Below, in pieces: positions 38,895 to 47,436 of a stretch of 47,436 nucleotides of DNA. Both the position numbers and the translations under genes were made by a program. The DNA is taken from sequence record SRR31156797_666; one strand, given 5' to 3'. The notes under the pieces are model-generated. The model saw only the letters and a program-made list of their open reading frames with translations, did no database searches and was not told the DNA's origin. Every line of letters starts with the position of its first letter. The stretch's first letter is position 1.

Positions 38895-40178
38895 TTAACA
38901 TACCTGATCGTCATCCATCTCAATTTGTTTTGGCTTCTTATGCTTTGAAGCGATGGACTGCATCGTGACCAGCTTTGGCATCTTTCCTTTTTCAATTGAA
39001 TCCTTGTTAATAATGCACTTTTTAATATCTTCTCTTGATGGGATATCGTACATTACATCCATCATTGTGCTTTCTAGGATAGCCCGAAGACCACGAGCAC
39101 CTGTCTTGCGCTCAATTGCTTTCTTTGCAATTGCACGAAGTGCTTCTTTCTCAAATTCAAGGTCTACACCGTCCATATCAAGGAGTACTTGATATTGCTT
39201 TGTAAGAGCATTCTTAGGCTCGGTTAATATCTGTACCAGTGCATCCTCATCTAGACCGTGTAGTGTTACTATAACAGGTAGACGGCCAGCCATTTCTGGT
39301 ATTAGTCCATATTTTAGCAGATCCTCTGGTAGAACGCTTTCTAAGATTTTACCGATATCTTTAGTTTCTCTAGACTGAATATCAGCACCGAAACCAATAC
39401 CTTTTTTACCAATACGTTTTTCGATTATCTTTTCAATACCCATAAATGCGCCGCCGCATATGAATAGGATATTTGTGGTATCAATTTGCAAGAAATCCTG
39501 ATGAGGGTGCTTGCGACCGCCTTGTGGAGGTACATTAGCTACTGTGCCCTCAATGATTTTCAGCAGTGCCTGCTGTACGCCTTCGCCGCTGACATCTCTT
39601 GTGATTGATGGATTGTCGCTCTTTTTGGCTATCTTATCGATTTCATCAATATAGATAATGCCTTTTTCCGCACGTTCAATATTGTTGTCGGCAGACTGAA
39701 TCAGCTTCAGCAGAATGTTCTCAACGTCTTCACCAACATATCCAGCTTCAGTCAATGTTGTGGCATCTGCAATAGCAAATGGAACATCGAGAATCCTAGC
39801 CAGAGTTTGAGCCAGCATCGTCTTGCCGCAGCCTGTAGGTCCCAACATTACTATGTTGGATTTTTGTAGCTCCACATCAGATTTTGAACCTGAGTAGACT
39901 CTCTTATAATGATTATACACTGCAACAGCCATAGCACGCTTTGCGTCATGCTGTCCAATTACATATTCGTCTAATATTGCTTTTATACCCTGTGGTTTTG
40001 GCACATCCGTTGGTTCTTCATATGTCTCGATAATGAAGTCGTCTTCTATTATCTCCTGACATAAATCTATACATTCGTTACATATATATACACCTGGACC
40101 TGCAATAAGTCTGCGGACTTCTTCCTGATCTTTGCCACAGAATGAACACTTAGGTATGTTGTCGTCTGTTCTTGACAT
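38895..40178 (-). CDS. clpX: ATP-dependent Clp protease ATP-binding subunit ClpX
   Basis: CSFCGK..ICNEC zinc domain, [29 protein letters not shown] loop and TGARGLR motifs. Confidence 0.98.
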   Translation of the reverse strand: MSRTDDNIPKCSFCGKDQEEVRRLIAGPGVYICNECIDLCQEIIEDDFIIETYEEPTDVPKPQGIKAILDEYVIGQHDAKRAMAVAVYNHYKRVYSGSKSDVELQKSNIVMLGPTGCGKTMLAQTLARILDVPFAIADATTLTEAGYVGEDVENILLKLIQSADNNIERAEKGIIYIDEIDKIAKKSDNPSITRDVSGEGVQQALLKIIEGTVANVPPQGGRKHPHQDFLQIDTTNILFICGGAFMGIEKIIEKRIGKKGIGFGADIQSRETKDIGKILESVLPEDLLKYGLIPEMAGRLPVIVTLHGLDEDALVQILTEPKNALTKQYQVLLDMDGVDLEFEKEALRAIAKKAIERKTGARGLRAILESTMMDVMYDIPSREDIKKCIINKDSIEKGKMPKLVTMQSIASKHKKPKQIEMDDDQVC

Positions 40179-40200
40179 ATATTGCCTCCTTGCTCTATAT

Positions 40201-40776
40201 CTATTTAATTACCTCATCAACTAAACCATACTCTTTAGCTTCGTCGGCACTCATGAAATAGTCTCTTTCAACATCAACGCTTATTTGTTTGATGGTCTTG
40301 CCAGTAAACTTTGACAATAATTTATTCATATTTTGTTTAATTCTAATCATACGCTCTGCATGAATCTTGATATCTGTAACCTGACCCTGATATCCGCCCA
40401 AGGGCTGATGAATCATTATTTCAGCATTAGGCAGTGCTTTTCTCTTGCCTTTTGTTCCTGCTGATAATAGGAAAGCGCCCATAGATGCAGCCATTCCTAT
40501 GCAGATTGTATTTACATCAGATTTTACATACTTCATCGTATCATAGATTGCCATACCAGCTGTAATTGAACCGCCGGGAGAATTGATATACACGAATATA
40601 TCTTTGTCTGGATCCTCTGCTTCTAAATACAGAAGCTGTGCAACGATGACATTTGCCATGCTGTCATTCACTTCACCGCTTAGGAAAATGATTCTGTCAT
40701 TTAGAAGTCTGGAGTATATATCGTATGAACGTTCACCACGTGTGGTCTGCTCTACAACCATTGGTATTAATGTCAT
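40201..40776 (-). CDS. clpP: Clp protease proteolytic subunit
   Basis: [31 protein letters not shown] and ERD motifs. Confidence 0.98.
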   Translation of the reverse strand: MTLIPMVVEQTTRGERSYDIYSRLLNDRIIFLSGEVNDSMANVIVAQLLYLEAEDPDKDIFVYINSPGGSITAGMAIYDTMKYVKSDVNTICIGMAASMGAFLLSAGTKGKRKALPNAEIMIHQPLGGYQGQVTDIKIHAERMIRIKQNMNKLLSKFTGKTIKQISVDVERDYFMSADEAKEYGLVDEVIK

Positions 40777-40939
40777 ATCTTAACCGTCCTTTTATAGTTG
40801 GATGCTAATTAATTAATGAAACTCTTAGCATTCTTATCATTATAGGTATATTATATTACATCCTAGTATCATTATCCCATGTTTTTAATAAGAAATCAAA
40901 AATTTTCATAATATTTGGGAATATTGCACAAAAATACAT

Positions 40940-42253
40940 TTAGTCTTTCTTAGGCTCTTTGTTTGTTTCTTTTACTTTAACTTGTTCTTTTACAAAATCT
41001 AGAGTCTTTTTAAGTAAAATGTTTTCTTTTAAATATTCTATGTTTTCACCAGCGTAGATTTTCTTGATTTTTTCTACTTCTGTATTTTGCTTTTCTGCCA
41101 TATCTGCAAACTCAGCTTCTAATTCTTCATCTGATACAGTGATACCCTCAGCCTTTGTAACAGCATCAATAGCTAGCTGAGACTTAACTCTCTCAAGAGA
41201 CTGATCCTTGTATTGCTCACGGAGATTCTCTATTGTCATACCTGTCATCTGAAGATACTGGTCAAGAGAGAAGCCTTGATTCTGGAATGAGTATTCCAAT
41301 TCTCTTATAGTTTGGTTAGTTTGATTTTCTACCATACAATCTGGAATATCAACTTCTGTTACTTCAACTAATTTCTCAACTATTGCATTTTCTGTTGCAA
41401 CATCAAAATTACTTTCAGTTTCTTTTTCCAATTTCTCTTTAACAGAGTTTTTGAATTCCTCTAATGTATCAAATTCTGACACGTCTTTTGCAAATTCATC
41501 ATCCAGTTCAGGTAATTCCTTTGCCTTTAATGAATTCAGCTTCACTTTAAATACTGCATCTTTGCCTTTTAACTCATCACTATGGTATTCTTCTGGGAAA
41601 GTGACATTCACATCTTTCTCATCACCTATCTTCATACCAATAACCTGATCCTCGAAGCCGGGAATAAATGAGTTTGAGCCTAGCACTAGGTCATATCCTT
41701 CACCTTTGCCGCCTTCGAATTCCACACCGTCAACGCTTCCTAGGTAGTCTATGTTTGTGGTATCATCCTTGGCTGCTGCTCTGTCTACGTCTACTAGACG
41801 AGCAATCTTTTCTGCTTCTTTTTGTATTTCAGCATCTACGTCTTTAGCTGTAATCTTTTTCTTATAGACTTCAACTGAGCTGCCTTTGTACTTGCCTAGC
41901 TTTGCCTCTGGCTTTACAGTAACTTCTGCAGTATATATCAAGTCCTTGCCTTTTTCAATCTGTACAACATCAACATTAGGTCTGTCAACGTCCTCTACTT
42001 TATGCTCTTTGATTGCTTCCATGTATGAAGTTGGGAATATAATTTCAAAAGCATCTTCGAAGAATATTTCTGCGCCATAGAACTTTTCTATCATAGGGCG
42101 AGGTACTTTGCCCTTTCTGAAGCCAGGAAGAACAACATCCTTTTTCACCTTCAGGTAAGCCTTTTGTATAGCTGCATTAAAATCAGCACTAGGTACTGTA
42201 ATTGTTAATTTTACTTGTTTATTTTCTAGAGTCTCAAATGTTGAAGTCGCCAT
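40940..42253 (-). CDS. tig: Trigger factor
   Basis: PGFRKGKVP ribosome-binding signature; FKBP domain FEGG..LGS..FIPGFE..VTFPEEYH. Confidence 0.97.
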   Translation of the reverse strand: MATSTFETLENKQVKLTITVPSADFNAAIQKAYLKVKKDVVLPGFRKGKVPRPMIEKFYGAEIFFEDAFEIIFPTSYMEAIKEHKVEDVDRPNVDVVQIEKGKDLIYTAEVTVKPEAKLGKYKGSSVEVYKKKITAKDVDAEIQKEAEKIARLVDVDRAAAKDDTTNIDYLGSVDGVEFEGGKGEGYDLVLGSNSFIPGFEDQVIGMKIGDEKDVNVTFPEEYHSDELKGKDAVFKVKLNSLKAKELPELDDEFAKDVSEFDTLEEFKNSVKEKLEKETESNFDVATENAIVEKLVEVTEVDIPDCMVENQTNQTIRELEYSFQNQGFSLDQYLQMTGMTIENLREQYKDQSLERVKSQLAIDAVTKAEGITVSDEELEAEFADMAEKQNTEVEKIKKIYAGENIEYLKENILLKKTLDFVKEQVKVKETNKEPKKD

Positions 42254-42348
42254 TATATTTATCTCCTTAAATAATTATCCTTAATCAAATGTATAATATT
42301 ATTGTAGTTTGGGCACTACAAACGTACTCTCCTAGAGAGTATCAAACT

Positions 42349-42377
42349 ACTATATCATAAGATATGATATTTTTCAA
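42349..42377 (-). promoter_or_regulatory. sigmaA promoter of tig
   Basis: TTGAAA-17 bp-TATAGT with a TGn extension. Confidence 0.65.
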
Positions 42378-42487
42378 TTGTTTTTTCATAGACAAAGCAT
42401 CGCTCCTCTATGATAGTATATTAATATTAAAGTTAAGTTGATTGCAGTATTATATTAATAACACATATGTGAATAAATCCTGATTTA

Positions 42488-43477
42488 TTACTGCACTGTA
42501 TTAGTTTTCTCCAATACATAGTTTGGAGCTTTGTCAAAGAGTTCACTGACAGATTCGTTGAGGAATATTCTCCTTACAGAATCAGCAAACAACGGTGCAA
42601 CAGATATCACAGATACCTTAGGACAGCTAATTATGTGAGTATTCTCTATTGAATCTGTGGTAATTAGGGTATCTATATCAGATTCCATGAGTTTTTTGAC
42701 GCCATCTTCATTTAAGAGTGCATGAGAAACACAGGCATATATCTTCTTTGCGCCTCTCTTTTTCAGCTGCTCTGCTACAGCTACCAATGTACCGCCTGAT
42801 ATTGTGAAGTCATCAACTATTACGCAGGTTTTATTGTTAACTGTTCCTATTACTTCCATGATTTCAGCTTTTTCGTTATGACCATTGCGCATCTTGTCGC
42901 AGATGGCTGTTGGTACGCCTAATCTACCCGCAAAGCCTCTGGCTTCTTTTACAAATCCGGCATCCGGTGCTACGATACAGTAATCCTCCAGTTCTAAAAT
43001 TTTGATATATTCTGTCAAAATTGGTGCTCCCAGCAGATGGTCAACAGGTTTTTTAAAGAATCCCTGCACCTGAGGGGAATGTAAATCCATGGTTATAACT
43101 CTGTCAGCACCAGCTAATTCAATGCACTCAGCACATACACGACCTCTTATTGATACTCTTGGCTCGTCCTTTTTATCACCTTTTGCATATCCATAGTATG
43201 GTATTACTGCGGTTACGCTTTTTGCACTAGCTCTTTTAAAAGCATCCATCCAAAAAAGGATTTCAGTGAATTCGTCGTTAGATTTTAGTCCAATAGGCTG
43301 TACTAGAAATACGTCCTTTGCTCTGACTGTTTCCAGAATTCTCACCATAATGTTGCCTTCAGAGAAGATCTTGGTCTGTGATTTGCCTAAAGCTACTCCT
43401 AGATAATCGCACATTCTCTGTGCAAAGACCATACCTGTCGATCCGGTAAATATCTGGATTCCCTTGCGCCATGACAT
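42488..43477 (-). CDS. prs: Ribose-phosphate pyrophosphokinase, divergent paralogue
   Basis: FSEGN, DAFKRASA, PYYGYA, MDLHSPQVQGFF, PDAG and IVDD...SGGT motifs. Confidence 0.9.
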   Translation of the reverse strand: MSWRKGIQIFTGSTGMVFAQRMCDYLGVALGKSQTKIFSEGNIMVRILETVRAKDVFLVQPIGLKSNDEFTEILFWMDAFKRASAKSVTAVIPYYGYAKGDKKDEPRVSIRGRVCAECIELAGADRVITMDLHSPQVQGFFKKPVDHLLGAPILTEYIKILELEDYCIVAPDAGFVKEARGFAGRLGVPTAICDKMRNGHNEKAEIMEVIGTVNNKTCVIVDDFTISGGTLVAVAEQLKKRGAKKIYACVSHALLNEDGVKKLMESDIDTLITTDSIENTHIISCPKVSVISVAPLFADSVRRIFLNESVSELFDKAPNYVLEKTNTVQ

Positions 43478-43625
43478 AAGTTAACTCCTTTGTTTGTTGT
43501 TATGTTGTGTTGAAGATGGATACTATATTCTATATTTAAAGTTAAGTAAATGCATAGCTTAATAATGAATTGCAGGAAATTAGCAGGGCTACACTTATTA
43601 TACTAGACACATCAAAAATAATAAA

Positions 43626-43656
43626 CTGGTATTTCGACTTATCATCAAAATACCAG
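43626..43656 (-). terminator. Hairpin 3' of the VanW gene
   Basis: CTGGTATTT(C)GA-N7-TC(A)AAATACCAG. Confidence 0.55.
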
Positions 43657-43682
43657 CTGTATCAACATTTATTGTATGTCGT

Positions 43683-45458
43683 TTATGTTGTTGTTTCGCT
43701 GTCAGTCGTTTCAGTTGTTGTTGCATCTGCAGGTTTTGTATAATATATACCCTGAATAGCTTTATACTCGGCTACGTACACCTTTTCCTTAAATACTTCC
43801 TGACCGTTGATATCTTTTATGTATCGATAAACTTCGTAAACCTTGTGATTCTTTGGTTTATTGTATTCATATACTAACAGACCTGTAGCTTTATCCAGAG
43901 TCCATGTTCTATCGGCATATTCTGAATAGTCTGTCAGTGCATTATATATTGATTCTTCTGGTGCATCGTTTTTCATATTTACTGATTGGCACTCTATATA
44001 CTGACCATCATCCAGCAGCTTAGTATATGCGTTGCAGTATCCCCATGTAGCATTTTCTTTACTTGTCCAGTGCATATAAGTATCAAAATATATTGGATAA
44101 TCAGTTGTATTTTTGAATACTACGTCCGAAGTTCCCCAGTTTACCATGGCATCTCTTGCCTCTTCACCGTAGTTTTGAGTATCATAGTATGAAGGCCATG
44201 AGTGGGAATTACGCTCTAGTATCTGGCATCCGCTCATTAGCGCAGCGTTAAAGATGATAGTAGCTGCCTGACATACACCACCACCATATCCTGCTTCAAC
44301 AGTCTTATCCTGAGTGATAACAGGAGCTTCCTGATATCCGTTTTCTGCGTTTCTTTCTCCAGTAGTTTCATTGAAGCTGACTGTATCGCCGGGCTGTAAG
44401 ACCAATCCGTCAAATGCAGCTAATGCCGTAGCTATATTTGTATCTCTGGCAAAAGTCGATGATGAAGCTAAATGAGATTTTGAATGATATACCAAAGAGG
44501 TAAATTGCTCAAGGTCAGATATTGAAAGATCCGGTATTGTGGAAATCGTCTGAATATCAACATTTGCAGAATAGTCGTCTGCTAAATCTGCCATAATTGC
44601 AGCAGTTGTTGTCTCAACGTCTACATAATATCCATCTTTACCATCAGTGTAGGTGAATATATTATTTTCTATTGTTGGATTTCCATTGCTGTCCATGGTT
44701 ACGTCAACAGTCTCACCATTAATAGACACTTGATTATCATATTTTAATGGATTGTATTTCAGTGCAATTACGTCATCAACATTTGTAATTTTACCTGCGT
44801 CATCGTCAAATTCCAATGATGGTTCAACAGGTTCGACATCAATGTCCAATGCCAAGGTTTCAACTATCTGCTTAACAGATGCTTCATCATATCCAAAAAC
44901 GATATTCAGCTGTTCCTCATTCTCCAAAACATACTTTGCTTCATCCATACGTTCCCTGACTGTACCTACGTGACCGTAAAGCATAACCTGATCTAGTGCA
45001 GTGGTAATATCGCCGGTAGTCTGTATATTTGTTGCATCGTAGTTATATGATTGCCCATCGAAATTAAGTGTTATATTAAGTGAATTAATTCTGTTATTAA
45101 GTTCTTGATTCAGTTCATTAAAAGCCTGCTCACGGGTCATGCCTCCCACGTCAATACCTGATATAGATACACCGGGTACAATCTTTGTTTCATCATACAG
45201 ATATTTCACATTGGTATATATTAATGCTGCCGTAATGCCGACTATAACAAGTATTACAACAATTGTACCAATAACAAGGTTGGCAACATATCTTGATGTA
45301 GGTTTGTAAGGATTAGCTCTGTCAACAGTAGCACTTTGTCTACTGGAAGATGACCTGGAATTTCCGGATCTAGAGGTAGATGATGATCTGCTTCTTGTTG
45401 ATGACCTGCTGCTTGTACTATGTTTTGAACTATATGGTGCTCGTCTTCTGTCTGCCAT
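43683..45458 (-). CDS. VanW-family protein with peptidoglycan-binding (YoaR-like) domain
   Basis: TM, PGVSISGIDVGGMT, RDTNI..A...DG.VLQPG..VSFNETTGER, GYGGGVCQ, ERNSHS and DAMVNWG motifs. Confidence 0.9.
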   Translation of the reverse strand: MADRRRAPYSSKHSTSSRSSTRSRSSSTSRSGNSRSSSSRQSATVDRANPYKPTSRYVANLVIGTIVVILVIVGITAALIYTNVKYLYDETKIVPGVSISGIDVGGMTREQAFNELNQELNNRINSLNITLNFDGQSYNYDATNIQTTGDITTALDQVMLYGHVGTVRERMDEAKYVLENEEQLNIVFGYDEASVKQIVETLALDIDVEPVEPSLEFDDDAGKITNVDDVIALKYNPLKYDNQVSINGETVDVTMDSNGNPTIENNIFTYTDGKDGYYVDVETTTAAIMADLADDYSANVDIQTISTIPDLSISDLEQFTSLVYHSKSHLASSSTFARDTNIATALAAFDGLVLQPGDTVSFNETTGERNAENGYQEAPVITQDKTVEAGYGGGVCQAATIIFNAALMSGCQILERNSHSWPSYYDTQNYGEEARDAMVNWGTSDVVFKNTTDYPIYFDTYMHWTSKENATWGYCNAYTKLLDDGQYIECQSVNMKNDAPEESIYNALTDYSEYADRTWTLDKATGLLVYEYNKPKNHKVYEVYRYIKDINGQEVFKEKVYVAEYKAIQGIYYTKPADATTTETTDSETTT

Positions 45459-45753
45459 ATATCCTCCTAATAGCTATCATTATCGTATAAATAAGTATAC
45501 TACATACTAGTAACTTTTTATTATTTAACTAGTGTATATTGTAATGCATATTACATCATATTTCAACCTTTTATTAGCTTATTAGCAATTAGGTAATTTC
45601 TAGTTTATTAAAGATTTGTAAAAAAAGGAGGTACCTTGACGAGAATTATGCTTAAATTCTAAGGGTAAAAAAGACATTATTGTTTATATATCAGTAATTT
45701 TTTAAAAGGGTTATATAATAAAGAAAGTCAGCACCTGAAACTAATTCCAAAAG

Positions 45754-46140
45754 TTATAGTTTCTTGTCTGCTACTCGCATCAGTGCTTTTCGGTCAACAA
45801 TATATCTGGTGTGCTTTGCCTCAGCTACAACACCTGCCTTATCATATGCAGTGATAGAATATTCTACTTTTCTATCAATGATTTTTGTAATTTTTGCTTC
45901 AGCTCTTACCATTAGACCAACAGGAGTAGGAGACAGATGGCGCAGTTCAATATATGAACCAACAGTTGTCAGTCCCTGATCCAATCCCTTTTGAGCCAGC
46001 TCAAATGCTGCACATTCCATTAATGCCAGAAGTGATGGTGTTGAAAAAACAGCTAGAGAGCCACTCCCTACTTTATCAGCTGTCATTGCAGGTTCAACAA
46101 TACATTGTACAGAGTGCTTTAATCCAACGCCTAAATTCAT
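45754..46140 (-). CDS. Fluoroacetyl-CoA thioesterase (FlK)-like hotdog thioesterase
   Basis: VGSG.L.VFSTP.LLALME.AA, TTVG..I...HLSPTPVG and H.R.IV motifs. Confidence 0.9.
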   Translation of the reverse strand: MNLGVGLKHSVQCIVEPAMTADKVGSGSLAVFSTPSLLALMECAAFELAQKGLDQGLTTVGSYIELRHLSPTPVGLMVRAEAKITKIIDRKVEYSITAYDKAGVVAEAKHTRYIVDRKALMRVADKKL

Positions 46141-46233
46141 AACAAGTACCTTTCGATTTTAACTTGGTAATTACGATTATAGCATAAATCCATTGAGGTT
46201 CAATACCAGCAGTAAGAAATAACAAAATCCAAA

Positions 46234-47142
46234 TTAATACAGTGCTTCAATGCCTTTTATTGACCAATACAGAAACTGATTAACAGGAGTCGGGATACCT
46301 AGTTCTTTTCCCATTTCAATTACCTTGCCTGACAACATATCAACTTCAGTAATTCTCTTTGACAGTACGTCTTGCAGCATAGATGTTTTGCCGTCTTTGG
46401 ATAGCTTAGGAAATGTGTTTACAACTTTATCCAAAATAGCAGTATCCATTTCAATTCCTTTTTTTTGCCCAATTGCAATTATCTCATTCATTGCACTGCT
46501 TAAAAGGGATAGAATGTGAGGACTTTTGGTAAAGTCTCCATAGCATGCTTTAATGACAGCAGATACCTGATTCAATCCTATATTTGTAGTGAACTTTCCC
46601 CATTGTCTTTTCAAAATATTATGGGATATGTGATAATCAATTTTCACATCTGCAAAAACTTTTGCTATATCATCTATTCTTTCTTGATGAGCATTAGCTA
46701 TATCACCAAATGTAATTAATAAATCTGAAGAATAATTATTCACATTCCCGAACTTTGTTGCATCAGTTCGGGTAACATAACCATTTACCATTTTGTCCAT
46801 TCCAAAGCGGCTTCCTATAATCTCTTCGCTGTCAATACCATTAAGCAGGCTGATTATTGCTGTGTTTTCACCTACTGCTTCATCCAGCAGTTTGATAGCA
46901 TCTTTCAGATGGGTGTATTTCGTGACAACAATTATCAAGTCAGCCTTCTGCTTATATCTGGATGGTGTAGTGTATGCGAAATCATACCTCTTGCCATTAA
47001 TAATAAAGCCATCTTTGCTGTATCTGTCATACCTGTCATTATCGCACATCATTCTCACGTCATAATCGTGTTTATAATCTTGGAAGTGTTTCGCTGCAGC
47101 ACTGCCAATAGCACCCAGTCCTAAAATTAAAATATTTTTCAT
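46234..47142 (-). CDS. panE: Ketopantoate reductase family protein
   Basis: GLGAIG, VTK, SLLNGIDSE, WGKF..N...N, TSMLQD..TE and GIPTPVN motifs. Start placed at ATG 47142. Confidence 0.88.
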   Translation of the reverse strand: MKNILILGLGAIGSAAAKHFQDYKHDYDVRMMCDNDRYDRYSKDGFIINGKRYDFAYTTPSRYKQKADLIIVVTKYTHLKDAIKLLDEAVGENTAIISLLNGIDSEEIIGSRFGMDKMVNGYVTRTDATKFGNVNNYSSDLLITFGDIANAHQERIDDIAKVFADVKIDYHISHNILKRQWGKFTTNIGLNQVSAVIKACYGDFTKSPHILSLLSSAMNEIIAIGQKKGIEMDTAILDKVVNTFPKLSKDGKTSMLQDVLSKRITEVDMLSGKVIEMGKELGIPTPVNQFLYWSIKGIEALY

Positions 47143-47150
47143 ATTTGCAC

Positions 47151-47436
47151 CTATATATTCAAGAATAGTTCTACAGGACAATGATCGCTTCCGAAAACAT
47201 CCTGCCTGATTGTTGCGTCTTCAATATTTTCTTCCAGTGAATTGCTGACTAGGAAATAGTCTATACGCCATCCTGCATTTGTTGCTCTGGCGTTTCGCAT
47301 ATACGACCACCATGAGTATTCTCCTACTGCATCTGGATATTTATAGCGGAATGTATCAATAAATCCGCTGTCTAACAGCTCAGTCATCTTGTTGCGTTCT
47401 TCGTCTGTGAAGCCTGCATTTTTTCTGTTTGTTTTT
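47151..47436 (-). CDS. xth: Exodeoxyribonuclease III; 5' part lies outside the window
   Basis: [33 protein letters not shown] and GSDHCPV motifs. Confidence 0.95.
   Translation of the reverse strand, partial: KTNRKNAGFTDEERNKMTELLDSGFIDTFRYKYPDAVGEYSWWSYMRNARATNAGWRIDYFLVSNSLEENIEDATIRQDVFGSDHCPVELFLNI

Noticed and set aside
40801..40832. GATGCTAA...TTAGCATT upstream of clpP as a CIRCE element
   Set aside because: The arms are in the reverse order to TTAGCACTC-N9-GAGTGCTAA and the spacing is wrong. I saw no CtsR heptad repeat there either.
45624..45662. Perfect SD (AAAGGAGGT) in an intergenic gap
   Set aside because: The nearest starts are poorly spaced (TTG at 3 nt, ATG at 15 nt) and give at most 8 codons.
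1145..47124. The many 60-125 aa ORFs nested in or antisense to recognised genes
   Set aside because: They lie almost entirely within well-supported genes and show no recognisable motifs; typical shadow frames.
1..47436. CRISPR array, tRNA/rRNA, IS or prophage, stop-codon recoding
   Set aside because: I saw no regularly spaced repeats, cloverleafs or mobility genes. Recognised genes appear full-length under the standard code with no in-frame TGA or TAG interruptions.

Overview
AT-rich chromosomal segment from a Bacillota (Clostridia-like) bacterium. The assignment rests on gene content, sigmaA-type promoters and strong GGAGG-type RBSs. I saw no transposase, integrase, phage gene, rRNA, tRNA or CRISPR array. 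Left to right: (1) a minus-strand run of a split class I fumarate hydratase (alpha/beta), a Ppx/GppA-HD protein, ppk1, UDP-glucuronate 4-epimerase and three tandem LCP paralogues; (2) a MacAB/YknXYZ-type exporter, a small membrane protein and an OmpR-family two-component system; (3) two GT-C-type membrane proteins, one AftB-like; (4) an orphan promoter-terminator unit of about 200 nt; (5) hflK-hflC, a MATE pump, a MerR regulator, a stand-alone DUF4329/JAMM-like protein and a large Zn-ribbon membrane protein; (6) a DUF6106-iscS-thiI-mrfA-mrfB-TPR operon; (7) an ArsR/SmtB metal-efflux pair, a secreted hypothetical protein and an unlisted 47-aa Cys-rich ORF; (8) tig-clpP-clpX, a divergent prs, a VanW protein, a thioesterase, panE and a partial xth. 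Most of the window is core or ordinary accessory content, and I cannot point to one unmistakable new system. The best leads are: an almost identical ~50-bp promoter architecture at both ends of the exporter locus; a Ppx whose ASKHA catalytic residues are lost while its HD motif is intact; an AftB-like transferase in a Bacillota genome; the missed Cys-rich microprotein; the orphan putative sRNA; and the orphan DUF4329 protein. All family assignments come from motif recognition by eye, not from database searches.
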